From assembly GCF_018350175.1 (NCBI RefSeq), contig NC_058383.1, positions 6,884,001 through 6,948,000 of the forward strand: a DNA stretch of 64,000 nt, in the 5' to 3' direction. This stretch comes from Felis catus (taxonomy: Eukaryota). The position numbers and the translations under genes were made by a program. Shown here one piece after another: positions 51,100-63,600 of this stretch; the stretch's first letter is position 1, and the number at the start of each line of letters is the position of its first letter. Below the pieces are notes generated by a model, which was given only the letters and a program-made list of their open reading frames with translations, was not told the origin of the DNA and did no database searches.

Positions 51100-51379
51100 G
51101 TAAGCAAGGAGAGCTTCAGAGGGCCAGCAATGGGGTGGATCAGAGACATGGGGTGGTTCTGAGATGTGGAGGAAGGTTTCCAATGGATAGAATTTCTTCA
51201 AATTGGAGAATGACACATGGTACAGATACAAATGGTAGCCAGGAACACTTTCCAGAAGCCCTCAGATCATTGAAGTACAATGATAGACAAAGTAGTCAGT
51301 AGTCTGCCACAGGGGAGCTTGTTTCCAATGTGAATCCTCTGGCCTACTCCAGACCCACTGAATCAGAACCTCTGTCTGG

Positions 51380-52339
51380 AAATTCACATCAAGGCTTCAT
51401 CACACCAGGAATCACATGGCCCCATTGTTGGTGACCTTCACTTGGGACACCTGGTTAAAGTTGTGTTCACTGGCTTAATCTATGGTAAAGTTTTTTTTTT
51501 TAAATATTTATTTATTTTTGGAGACTACAAGTAGGGGAGAGACAGAGAAAGGGGGACAGAAGATCTCAAGCAGGATCCATGCTGACAGTCTGACAGTGTA
51601 GAGCCTGACATGGGCCTCGAACCCACAAACCGTGAGTTCATGACCTGAGCTGAAGTCGGACACTCAACCGACTGAGCCACCCAGGTGCCCCAATCTACTG
51701 TAAAGTTTTATTTTTCCCTTTGTAATTAATAAGCGACTGGTGCAGGATGCCTTTGCAGTTGTATAAGTACTGCATTTCTCTTTAGACATTCACCCACTAC
51801 TTTTATCATCCATGAATGGTATTTGACTAAGACCATTATTACTATGGTGGTTGCAAAATGATGAATTTCTAATTCTACCATTTCTTCCACATTTTGAGGA
51901 AAGTCCATTGTTAGGGTGAGATTTCCATTCTCTCTCATTAATTAATTTATTTGTATATGTCAGTATGATCTCTTTTATTACTATCTTAGTCCCTGATATC
52001 ATTCTTTAGTTATATCTTCAATTCTCTCAGATTTGCCCTCTGGAAGCACTTTCAAGTGGGCTCCTTGCCCTTTTCTTTTTTCTTTCTTATTTTTTAATAT
52101 TTTTAATACACTTTTATCACAGTTTTAGGTTCACTAAAATTGAGTGAAAGACACAGATTTCTCATATTCCCTCTGCCCTACTTACAGACAGCACTCCCCA
52201 TTATCAAAATCCCTCACCATGTGGTACATTTGTTACAATAATTTTACCTACATTGGCACATTATTACCATTCAAAAATTCGTAATTTACGTTACAGTTCA
52301 CTCTTGGTGTTGTCCATTCTGTGGGTTTTGACACACATA

Positions 52340-52371
<32 letters not shown>

Positions 52372-52700
52372 ATATATATATTATATATTATATATATATG
52401 TATACATATACATATATATCCACCATTACAGTACATAGAGTATTCTTTATCCCTTTCCCATATTATTTTTTTGAGCATTTCCTAGCATTCTGGTGTGAGA
52501 CATTCCAGGCTTCTCTTCTGTTTCCTCTGATGACCCTTGGAATCAGCCATTTCTCCAAGAATCTCTGTTTTCTTTTAGTGAGAATGGTATTTAGAAATCA
52601 AAATCTGGGCTGTAGGAGTGTTCATTGTTACTAGGGTTTCTTTGCTTCTATTTTCTCTCAGTAGACCAAATAAAAACATCAAATACATTCATACAGGAGT
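51380..52700 (-). mobile_element. Old L1M 3' fragments with a CAN-SINE (~51490-51690) and (TG)n(TA)n tract
   Basis: L1MC/L1MA-like 3' motifs; boundaries approximate. Confidence 0.6.
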
Positions 52701-52914
52701 GATAAACATAAATATTTCTATATCCACAGCCAATGATTATGCTGTGTCTAAAAGAAAAAGGGAGCCTTGATTTATAGTTGTATCTATGACTGAAATAGTC
52801 CCATCATGGTTAATTTCAGGATATCTATGGTTTGACAACCATCTCACAGAATTCTTGAGTATTTAACAGTTGATTCTAGAGAAAAAGGAAGGATCACACT
52901 ACTAAAATATATCT

Positions 52915-53205
52915 ATACTGTGTCCATATCCTATCCTATCCTATCCTATCCTATCCTATCCTATCCTATCCTATCCTATCCTATCCTATCCTATCCTTTT
53001 TATGCTATTCTATTCTATTACTTTCTGTGATGATGGAAATATTCTATATACTCCTGGTTCAGTATAGAACCACTATGCACAGGTGGTTATTGAGCATTTG
53101 ACATGTGGCTAGTGTCACTAAAGAACTGAATCTTATATTGTATTTAATCTAGTTAATTAAAATTTAAGTATAAATAGCCACATCGGGTAAGTGTCTACCA
53201 CAGCT
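52915..53205. mobile_element. MER3-like DNA transposon with an internal (CCTAT)n expansion at 52927-52997
   Basis: actttctgtgatgatggaaatattctata...ttgagcatttgacatgtggctagtg...aatagccacat. Confidence 0.75.
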
Positions 53206-53570
53206 CTAAAGATCATCATGGGGTTCATAATAATCAAAGGAAAGAATATGATAGTTGAATTTATCCACAGCAGCATCACAGAAGGTATGACTGGGAAATC
53301 AGAACTCTGTAGACCTTTTTTACACTTATTTTGTATTGTTCTTAGTTGTGAATTATGTGTTTGTGGCAGGTACCATGCTAATTTCAGTGCTCTAAGTATC
53401 TAATGGTCCTAATTCAGTTCTAATCAAAGAGATTAAAGCTTGACTATACTGAGTTCCTTCCAGGAGAAAATAAAAAGTTGGGTTATGATTCAGGGTGGGA
53501 CCATTCTCTAAGGAAGGTGACATTCAGGCCATGATTGAATAAATATTGCTAATTCCACTCACTATATTCT

Positions 53571-54221
53571 TTTTTTTAAATATAATTTATTGTCAAGTTG
53601 GTTTCCATACAACACCCAGTGCTCATTCCAACAAGTGCCCCCTTTAATGCCCATCACCCACTTTCCCCTCTCCCCCACCCCATCAGCTCTCAGTTTGTTC
53701 TCTGTATTTAAGAGTCTTTTATGGTTTGCCTCCCTCCCTGTCTGTTTGTAACTTTTTCCCTCCCTTCCCTTCTCCCATGGTCTTAAATTTCTCAAGTTCC
53801 ACATATGAGTGAAAACATATGGTATCTGTCCTTCTCTGACTGACTTATTTCACTTAGCATAACACCCTCTGGTTCCATTCACGTTGCTGCAAATGGCCAT
53901 ATTTCATTCTTTCTCATTTCCAAGTAGTATTCCATTGTATATATAAACCACATCTTTTTTATCCATCCATCAGTTGACGGACATTTAGGTTCTTTCCATA
54001 ATTTGGCTATTGTTGAAAGTGCTACTATAAACATTGGGGTACAAGTGCCCTATTCATCAGCACTCCTGTATCCCTTGGGTAAATTCCTAGCAGTGCTATT
54101 GCTGGGTCATAGGATAGTTCTATTTTTAATTTTTTGAGGAACCTCCACACTGTTTTCCAGAGTGGCTGCACCAACATTCTTCTCAAAGCTAGAACGAACA
54201 ATCCTAAAATTTGTATGGAAA
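53571..54221 (-). mobile_element. 5'-truncated L1 with short 5' inversion
   Basis: Minus-strand 3' end to ~54173, then plus-strand ORF2 piece (FFSKLERTILKFVW); TSD cact(c/t)act(a/g)tattct at 53556 and 54222. Confidence 0.88.
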
Positions 54222-54424
54222 CACTTACTGTATTCTGTTTGTCTATATATCATGCTGGCCAATGTCCTTCTATTGATCATTGTTTCTTTGCTGTTTTAAT
54301 GTGGTTGATTAGACTAGCATCAGACACAACTCTTTTATAGTGTTGTAGTTTCTGTACATATCTGAGATCATCCATTGGAAGAGTTGTGCCCCAGGTCTTC
54401 TATTAGCTGAGACTTCTCAAGAGT

Positions 54425-54580
54425 ATAATTCACGCTTCTCAAACTAGATTGTGCACACAAATCACCACATCTTATGAAGCTCAGACTTTGATTCGATAGC
54501 TCTAGGATGACGTTTGAGATTCTGCATTTTTAATAAGCTCCCAGATGCTGCTGATCCATGAACCACACATTGAGGACCAA
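54425..54580. mobile_element. MER5-like DNA transposon remnant
   Basis: ttctcaaact...gagattctgcatttttaataagctcccagatgctgctg...accacacattgag. Confidence 0.7.
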
Positions 54581-54894
54581 GAGTTTATCTGTAGCCCAAC
54601 ATTATTTTCTTCTTTCCTGCAAGTATGTTTCGATGAAAGATCATTTAATTTTCCTGACAATTAAGCCTTAGCATTAATTAAGCTCTCAAAAAATTTAAGC
54701 TGTATTTTAGCTGAAAGAATTTACATTTTCCTGGGGGAGAACACCATCCCATATTACTTAGGCTTGGCATACTCTTAGGATTTTCTAACGGACAGACTGA
54801 TAACACAGTGTATATTAGACAGAAATGCCACCTCCTGAAATTACCCATCTGTGGTGGTGGGGAGGGTGGCATAACCAGAAACAGATGGCTAAGA

Positions 54895-55012
54895 ATAGTA
54901 TAGTATAGTATAGTATAGTATAGTATAGTATAGTATAGTATAGTATAGATAGTATAGTATAGTATAGTATAGTATAGTATAGTATAGTATAGTATAGTAT
55001 AGTATAGTATAG
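54895..55012. repeat. (ATAGT)n pentanucleotide microsatellite upstream of exon 10
   Basis: Direct reading; one 4-nt unit interrupts it near 54945. Confidence 0.95.
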
Positions 55013-55063
55013 ATGATGTTTTTCTTACCTGCTTTAACTAAAATGTCTCTCTTCTCCTTTTAG

Positions 55064-55224
55064 CTCTGTCTGATCTGGAGCTTGTGGCCCAATCTGTTAT
55101 CTTTATTTTTGCTGGCTATGAGCCCACCAGCACTTCTCTTTCCTTCCTTGTGTATGAATTGGCCACTCATCCTGATGTCCAGCAAAAACTGCAGGAGGAG
55201 ATTGATGCAACTTTCCCTAACAAG
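55064..55224 (+). CDS. CYP3A: CYP3A exon 10 (161 nt), I and J helices
   Basis: tttag acceptor; [54 protein letters not shown]; donor gtgagt. Confidence 0.97.
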
Positions 55225-55239
55225 GTGAGTGGTTCATAC

Positions 55240-55800
55240 TGGCCAAGGGGGTCAGGATATGCTCGCTTATGCCTCAGTAACATATTAACTCTCAAATCTA
55301 GTGGGTTTTCATGACAAAGGTTTACTTGTAGCTCATATTTGCATGTCCAGCATGGGTATTAGTGGAGGATGAGTCTCTGCTCCATATAGTTACTTGGGGA
55401 TACAGAGCAAAGAGGCTCCACTTATACCTGCATTATCTGGACCTTGGGGACTTCATGTTGGCTGGGGAACAAGGAGCTAGAGTGTTGCTTACTTGCTTTT
55501 CAGATGTTTGGCCCCAAACTCACATGCATCTCCTTAGTTCACAGCCCATTTGCAAAGTGGTTTCCCCTAAATTCACATAGGCTGGGAAATATGGGGGTCT
55601 ACATGGATGTTGGATAAGTAGTGAGTATCTCTACCATCCACCCTCTGAAGGGTCAACTCTAAACATCTCTATGTAACAAGGCAGGAAGCTGAGCTACAGA
55701 GAGACAACATAACTTTCTTACACTATCACATAGCTAGTGTGAAGAAGCCAGGCTATGAGCCAGGGTGCCTGGATCCTGGTTGAACTCTTAACTTCTCCAA
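55240..55800. mobile_element. MLT1-type LTR remnant followed by a MIR remnant
   Basis: ctcaaatctagtggg...aggtttacttgtagctca...ggctgggaaat; gctgagctacagagag...cacatagctagt. Confidence 0.55.
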
Positions 55801-56291
55801 TGTTGGCTCTTAAATATAATACCAAGCAATAGGCACATATTGCCCATGCTGTCTCAGATCTCTTCCAAAACTGGAATTCCTGTTTATGAAGACACCTGGC
55901 CTCTGGGGCTGGAGCAGTTTATTTGACAAACAGTGAAATCCCAAAGGGACAACTAGCAGACCCTTCCCACAACAGGAGGTGGGGCTGAGAGTAAGGTTCT
56001 GATCCTCTTAACAACTTTCCCTAGAACTGAAATTGTGTGCTGCAGTTGGAAGGATTTTAAGCCCTACTTAGGGGATTGACCCAGCAGTCAGCCCTAGTCA
56101 TTACTATTGCGCACACATGGCAGAGGGCGATTGAGCAGGTCATGGGATATGGTAGACATTAAGATGTTCATATGCCATTTACTAAAATACATGCTTCTCA
56201 GGGGTTCCTAACAATTCAGTAATAGTGCATAGACTGAGCTGAACATTGATTCCAAATCTCAACTCATCAAAATCTGTTTCTTTCCTTCTAG

Positions 56292-56518
56292 GCACCTCCC
56301 ACTTATGATGCCCTTGTACAGATGGAGTATCTTGACATGGTGTTGAATGAAACCCTCAGATTATACCCAATCGCTGGTAGACTTGAGAGGGTCTGTAAGA
56401 GAGATGTGGAAATCAGTGGTGTGTTCATTCCCAAAGGGACAGTGGTGATGGTGCCAACCTTTACTCTTCACCGGGACCTGGATCTCTGGCCAGAGCCTGA
56501 GGAGTTCCATCCTGAAAG
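56292..56518 (+). CDS. CYP3A: CYP3A exon 11 (227 nt), K helix and meander
   Basis: tctag acceptor; [36 protein letters not shown]...[11 protein letters not shown]; donor gtagag. Confidence 0.97.
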
Positions 56519-56679
56519 GTAGAGGGAACCCTGGAAAAGGGAACACAACCTTATATGGGAAGATATTCTGATATTTCTTTATATAGAGAACAAATGTATG
56601 GTTGTACAGTTATTTATTTGCACATCTTTTTATTTGTAGGAGTATTTTTCTAATTAGAAAATAATTGTTAAAATTTTAC

Positions 56680-57105
56680 AAACTGCATTAAATGTGTCGT
56701 TTGCTTTGGGTAGTATACACATTTTAACAATGTTTGTTCTTCCAACCCATGAGCATGAAATGCGTTTCCATTTATTACATCCTCTTCAATATCTCTCATA
56801 AGTCTTTCATAGTTTTTAGAGTACAGAGCTTTTACCTCTTAGTTAGATTTATTCCTAGGTATTTTATTATTTTTGGTGCAATTGTAAATAGGATCAATTA
56901 CTTGATTTCTTTTTCTGATGCCTCGTTATTAGTGCATAGAAATGCAACAGATTTCTGCACTTTGATTTTATATCCTGCGACTTTGGTGAATTCATGTATT
57001 AGTTATAGCAATATTTTGGTGGAGTCTTTTGTGTTTTCTACATAGAGTATTATGTCATCTGTGGTAGTGAAAGTTTGACTTCTTCATTGCTGATTTGGAT
57101 GATAT

Positions 57106-57136
<31 letters not shown>

Positions 57137-57805
57137 TTTGGTCTGATTTGCTGTGGCTAAGACTTTCAGTGCTTTCATTACTATGTTAAATAGTAATGGT
57201 GAGAGTGGGCATCCTTGTCTTGTTCCTGAACAAAGGTGAAAGGCTCTCAGCTTCTCCCCATTGAGGATGATATTAGCTGTGGGTCTTTTGTACATGGTCT
57301 TTTAAAAAAAATTTTTTTTAACCTTTATTTATTTTTTTTGAGACCAAGAGAGACAGAGCATGAATGGGGGAGGGTCAGAGAGAGAGGGAGACACAGCATC
57401 CGAAACAGGCTCCAGGCTCTGAGCTGTCGGCATAGAGCCAGACGCAGGGCTCAAACTCACAGACTATGAGATCACGACCTGAGCCGAAGTCGGATGCTCA
57501 ACCGACTGAGCCACCCAAGCGTCCCTGTACACAGTCTTTATGATGTTGCAGTATGTGCCATCTGTCTCTACTTTGTTGAGGGTTTTTATCAAGAATGAAT
57601 GCTGTATTTTGCCAAATGCTTTCTTTTCATCTGTTGACAGGCTCATATGGTTCTTATCTTTCTTTTATTGATGTAGTGTATCATGTTGATTGATTTGCAA
57701 ATATTGAACCACCCCTGCAGCCCAGGAATAAATCCCATTTGATCATAGTGAATAATTCTTTTAATGTACTGTTGAATTCTATTTGCTAGTATCTTGTTGA
57801 GATTT
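56680..57805 (-). mobile_element. Older L1 ORF2 segment with CAN-SINE at ~57300-57525
   Basis: Decayed RT-region similarity. Confidence 0.85.
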
Positions 57806-60654
57806 TTTTTCTTTTTTTAATTTAATTTTTATTTTTTAAAATTTACATCCAAATTAGTTAGCATATAGTGAAACAATGATTTCAGGGGTACATTCCTTAA
57901 TTACCCTTATCATTTAGCCCATCCCCCCTCCCACAACCCCTCCAGTAACCCTCAGTATGTTCTCCATATTTAAGAGTCTCTTCTGTTTTGTCCCCCTCCC
58001 TGTTTTTATGTTATTTTTGTTTCCCTGCCCTTATGTTCATCTGTTTTGTCTCTTAAAGTCCTCATATGAGTGAAGTCATATGATATTTGTCTTTCTCTGA
58101 CTGACTGATTTCTCTTAGCATGATACCCTCCAGTTCCATCCACGTAGTTGCAAATGGCAAGATTTCGTTCTTTTTGATTGCTGAGTAATACTCCATTGTG
58201 TATATTTACCACATCTTCTTTATCCATTCATCCATCAGTGGACATTTGGGCTCCTTCCATACTTTGGCTATTGTTGATAGTGCTGCTCACCCATTCTGTC
58301 GGTTGCCTTTTAGTTTTGCTGATTGTTTCCTTCGCTGTGCAGAAGCTTTTTATTTTGATGAGGTCCCAGCAGTTCATTTTTGCTTTTGTTTCCCTTGCCT
58401 CCAGAGACGTGTTGAGTAAGAAGTTGCTGCGGCCAGGATCAAAGAGGTTTTTGCCTGCTTTCTCCTTGAGGATTTTGATGGCTTCCTGTCTTACATTTAG
58501 GTCTTTCATCCATTTTCAGTTCATTTTTGTGTATGGTGTAAGAAAGTGGTCCAGGTTCTTTCTTCTGCATGTCGCTGTCCAGTTTTCCCAGCAACACTTG
58601 TTGAAGAGACTTTATTCCATAGGATATTCTTTCCTGCTTTGTCAAAGATTAGTTGGCCATACGTTTGTGGGTCCATTTCTGGGTTCTCTATTCCATTGAT
58701 CTGAGTGTCTGTTCTTGTGCCAGTACCATACTGTCTTAATGATTACAGCTTTGTAGTATAGCTTGAAGTCTGGGATTGTGATGCCTTCTGCTTTGGTTTT
58801 CTTTTTCAAGATTGCTTTGGCTATTCGGGGTATTTTCTGGTTCCATACACATTTTAGGATTATTTGTTCTAGCTCTGTGAAGAATGCTGGTGTTATTTTG
58901 ATAGTGATTGCATTGAATATGTAGATTGCTTTGGGTAGTGTCATTTTAACAATATTTGTTCTTCCTATCCAGGAGCATGGAATATTTTTCCTTTTTTTTG
59001 TGTCTTCTTCAATTTCTTTCATAAGCTTTCTATACTTTTCAGTGTATAGATTCTTCACCTCTTTGGTTAGATTTATTCCTAGGTGTTTTATGGTTTTTGG
59101 TGCAACTCTAAATGGGATCAATTCCTTGATTTCTCTTTCTGTTGCTTCATTGTTGGTGTATAGGAATGCAACCGATTTCTGTGTGTTGATGTTATATCCT
59201 GCAATTTTGCTGAATTCATGAATCAATTCTAGCAGTTTTTTGGTGGAGTCTTTTGGGTTTTCCATATAGAGTATCATGTCATCTGCGAAGAGTGAAAATT
59301 TGACCACCTGGCTGATTTGGATGCCTTTCATTTCTTTGTGTTGTCTGATTGCAGAGGCTAAGACTTCCAATACTATGTTGAATAACAGTGGCAAAGGTGG
59401 ACATCCCTGTCTTGCTCCTGACCTTGGGGGGAAAGCTCTCAGTTTTTTTATTGAGGATGATATTAGCGTTGGGTCGTTCATATATGGCTTTTATGATCTC
59501 GAGGTATACTCCTTCTATCTCTACTTTCTTGAAGGTTTTTATCAAGAGAGGATGCTGTATTTTGTAAAATGCTTTCTCTGCATCTATTCAGAGGATCATA
59601 TGGTTCTTGTCCTTTTTTTATTGATGTGATGAATCACGTTAATTGTTTTGTGGATATTGAACCAGCCCTGCATCCCAGGTAAAAATCCCACTTGGTCATG
59701 GTGAATAATTTTTTTAATATATTGTTGGATCCGGTTGGCTAATATCTTGTTGAGGATTTTTGCATCCATGTTCATCAGGGAAATTGGTCTATAGTTCTCC
59801 TTTTTAGTGGGGTCTCTGTCTGGTTTTGGAATCAAGGTAATTCTGGCTTCATAGAAAGAGTTTGAAAGTTTTCCTTCCATTTCTATTTTTTGGAACAGCT
59901 TCAAGAGAATAGGTAACTCTTCCTTAAATGTTTGGTAGAATTCCCCTGGAAAGCCATCTGACCTTGGACTCTTGTTTTTTGGGAAATTTTTGATTACTAA
60001 TTCAATTTTTACTGGTTATGGGTCTGTTCAAATTTTCTGTTAATTCCTGTTTCAGTTTTGGTAGTGTATATGTTTCTAGGAATTTGTCCATTTCTTCCAG
60101 ATTGCCCATTTTATTGGCATAAAACTGCTCATAATATTCTCTTATTATTGTTTTTATTTCTGCTGTGTTCGTTGTGATCTCTCCTCTTTCATTTTTGATT
60201 TTATTTATTTGGGTCCTTTCCTTGTCTTTTTGATCAAACTGGCTAGTGGTTTATCAATTTTGTTAATTCTTTCAAAGAAACAGCTTCTGGTTTCATTGAT
60301 CTGTTCTACTGGTTTTGTTTTTGTTTTTGTTTTTTTGTTTTTTTTTTTTTTTTGGTTTTGATAGCATGAATTTCTCTAATTTCTCTAATTAATTTCTCTA
60401 ATCTTTATTATTTCCTGTCTTCTGCTGGTGTTGGGTTTTATTTGCTGTTCTTTTTCCAGCTCCTTAAGGCATAAGGTTAGGTTGTGTATCTAGATCTTTC
60501 TTCCTTCTTTAGGAAGGCCTGGATGGCTATATAGTTTCCTTTTATGACCGCCTTCATTGTGTCCCAGAGGTTTTGGGCTGTGGTGTTATCATTTTCATTG
60601 GCTTCTATGTACTTTTTAATTTCCTCTTTAACTTCTTGGTTAGCACATTTATTC
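57803..60654 (-). mobile_element. Intermediate-age L1 nested in the previous L1, with a ~480-bp internal deletion at ~58288
   Basis: Own tail and 3'UTR; ORF2 LFADDMILY and [14 protein letters not shown]; deletion seen against 14079-14560. Confidence 0.92.
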
Positions 60655-63600
60655 TTTTTTTTATTTTATTATTATATGAAATTTATTGTCAAATTAGTTT
60701 CCATACAACACTCAGTGCTCATCCCAAAAGGTGCCCTCTTCAATGCCCATCACCTACCCTCCCCTCCCTCCCACCCCCAGCCATCAACCCTCAGTTTGTT
60801 TTCAGTTTTTAAGAGTCACTTATGCTTTGGCTCTCTCTCCCACTCTAACCTATTTTTTTTTTCTTTTTTTCTTCCCCTCCCCCATGGGTTTCTGTTAAGT
60901 TTCTCGGGACCCACATAAGAATGAAAACATATGGTATCTGTCTTTCTCTGTATGGCTTATTTCACTTAGCATCACACTCTCCAGTTCCATCCACGTTGCT
61001 ACAAAGGGCCATATTTCATTCTTTCTCATTGCCACGTAGTACTCCATTGTGTATATAAACGACAATTTCTTTATCCATTCATCAGTTGATGGACATTTAG
61101 GCTCTTTCCACAATTTGGCTATTGTTGAGAGTGCTGCTATAAACATTGGGGTACAAGTGCCCCTATGCATCAGTACTCCTGTATCCCTTGGGTAAATTCC
61201 TAGCAGTGCTACTGCTGGGTCATAGGGTAGGTCTATTTTTAATTTTTTGAGGAACCTCCACACTGTTTTCCAGAGTGGCTGCACCAGTTTGCATTCCCAC
61301 CAACAGTGCAAGAGGGTTCCCATTTCCCCACATCCTCTCCAGCATCTATAGTCTCCTGGTTTGTTCATTTTGGCCACTCTGACTGGCGTGAGGTGATATC
61401 TGAGTGTGGTTTTGATTTGTATTTCCCTGATGAGGAGCGACGTTGAGCATCTTTTCATGTGTCTGTTGGCCATCCGGATGTCTTCTTTTCTTTTTTTTTT
61501 TTTATTAAAATTTTCTTTCAACGTTTTTATTTATTTTTGGGACAGAGAGAGACAGAGCATGAACGGGGGAGGGGCAGAGAGAGAGGGAGACACAGAATCG
61601 GAAACAGGCTCCAGGCTCCGAGCCATCAGCCCAGAGCCTGATGCGGGGCTCGAACTCACGGAGCGCCAGATCGTGACGTGGCTGAAGTCGGACGCTTAAC
61701 CGACTGCACCACCCAGGCGCCCCAATCCGGATGTCTTCTTTAGAGAAGTGTCTATTCATGCTTTCTGCCCATTTCTTCACTGGATTATTTGTTTTTCGGG
61801 TGTGGAGTTTGGTGAGCTCTTTATAGATTTTGGATACTAGCCCTTTGTCCGATATGTCATTTGCAAATATCTTTTCCCATTCCGTTGGTTGCCTTCTAGT
61901 TTTGTTGATTGTTTCCTTTGCCATGCAGAAGCTTTTTATGTTCATAAGGTCCCAGTAGTTCATTTTTGCTTTTAATTCCCTTGCCTTTCGGGATGTGTCA
62001 TATAAGAAATTGCTGCGGCTGAGGTCAGAGAGGTCTTTTCCTGCTTTCTCCTCTAGGGTTTTGATGGTTTCCTGTCTCACATTCAGGTCCTTTATCCATT
62101 TTGAGTTTATTTTTGTGAATGGTGTGAGAAAGTGGTCTAGTTTCATCCTTCTGCATGTTGCTGTCCAGTTCTCCCAGCACCATTTGTTAAAGAGACTGTC
62201 TTTTTTCCATTGGATGTTCTTTCCTGCTTTGTCAAAGATGAGTTGGCCATACGTTTGTGGGTCTAGTTCTGGGGTTTCTATTCTATTCCATTGGTCTATG
62301 TGTCTGTTTTTGTGCCAATACCATGCTGTCTTGATGATGACAGCTTTGTAGTAGAGGCTAAAGTCTGGGATTGTGATGCCTCCTGCTTTGGTCTTCTTCT
62401 TCCAAATTACTTTGGCTATTCGGGGCCTTTTGTGGTTCCATCTGAATTTTAGGATTGCTTGTTCTAGTTTCGAGAAGAATGCTGGTGCAATTTTGATTGG
62501 GATTGCATTGAATGTGTAGATAGCTTTGGGTAATATTGACATTTTAACAATATTTATTCTTCCAACCCATGAGCATTGAATGTTTTTCCATTTCTTTATA
62601 TCTTCTTCAATTTCCTTCATAAGCTTTCTATAGTTTTCAGCATACAGATAATTTATATCTTTGGTTAGATTTATTCCTAGGTATTTTATGCTTCTTGGTG
62701 CAATTGTGAATGGGATCAGTTTCTTTATTTGTCTTTCTGTTGTTTCATTATTAGTGTATAAGAATGCAACTCATTTCTGTACATTGATTTTGTATCCTGC
62801 AACTTTGCTGAATTCATGTATCAGTTCTAGCAGACTTTTGGTGGAGTCTATCGGATTTTCCATATATAATATCATGTCATCTGCAAAAAGTGAAAGCTTG
62901 ACTTCATCTTTGCCAATTTTGATGCCTTTGATTTCCTTTTGTTGTCTGATTGCTGATGCTAGATCTTCCAACACTATGTTAAACAACAGCAGTGAAAGTG
63001 GACATCCCTGTCGTGTTCCTGATCTCAGGGGAAAAGCTCTCAGTTTCTCCCCATTGAGGATGATATTAGCTGTGGGCTTTTCATAAATGGCTTTTATGAT
63101 GTTTAAGTATGTTCCTTCTACCCCGACTTTCTCGAGGGTTTTATTAAGAAAGGATGCTGAATTTTGTCAAATGCTTTTTCTGCATTGATTGACAGGATCA
63201 TATGGTTCTTATCTTTTCTTTTATTAATGTGATGTATCACGTTGATTGATTTGCAAATGTTGAACCAGCCCTGCATCCCAGGAATGAATCCCACTTGATC
63301 ATGGTGAATAATTCTTTTTATATGCTGTTAATTAGATTTGCTAGTGTCTTATTGAGAATTTCTGCATCCATATTCATCAGGGATATTGGCCTGTAGTTCT
63401 CTTTTTTTACTGGGTCTCTGTCTGGTTTAGGAATCAAAGTAATTCTGCCTTCATAGAATGAGTCTGGAAGTTTTCCTTCCCTTTCTATTTCTTGGAATAG
63501 CTTGAGAAGGATAGGTATTATCTCTGCTTTAAATGTCTGGTAGAATTCCCCATGGAAGCCATCTGGTCCCGGACTCTTATTTGTTGGGAGATTTTTGATA

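Noticed and set aside
58270..58310. Internal ~480-bp L1 deletion ending near an AG, suggesting a spliced L1 RNA
   Set aside because: The deleted segment does not begin with GT in L1 sense; a simple deletion explains it
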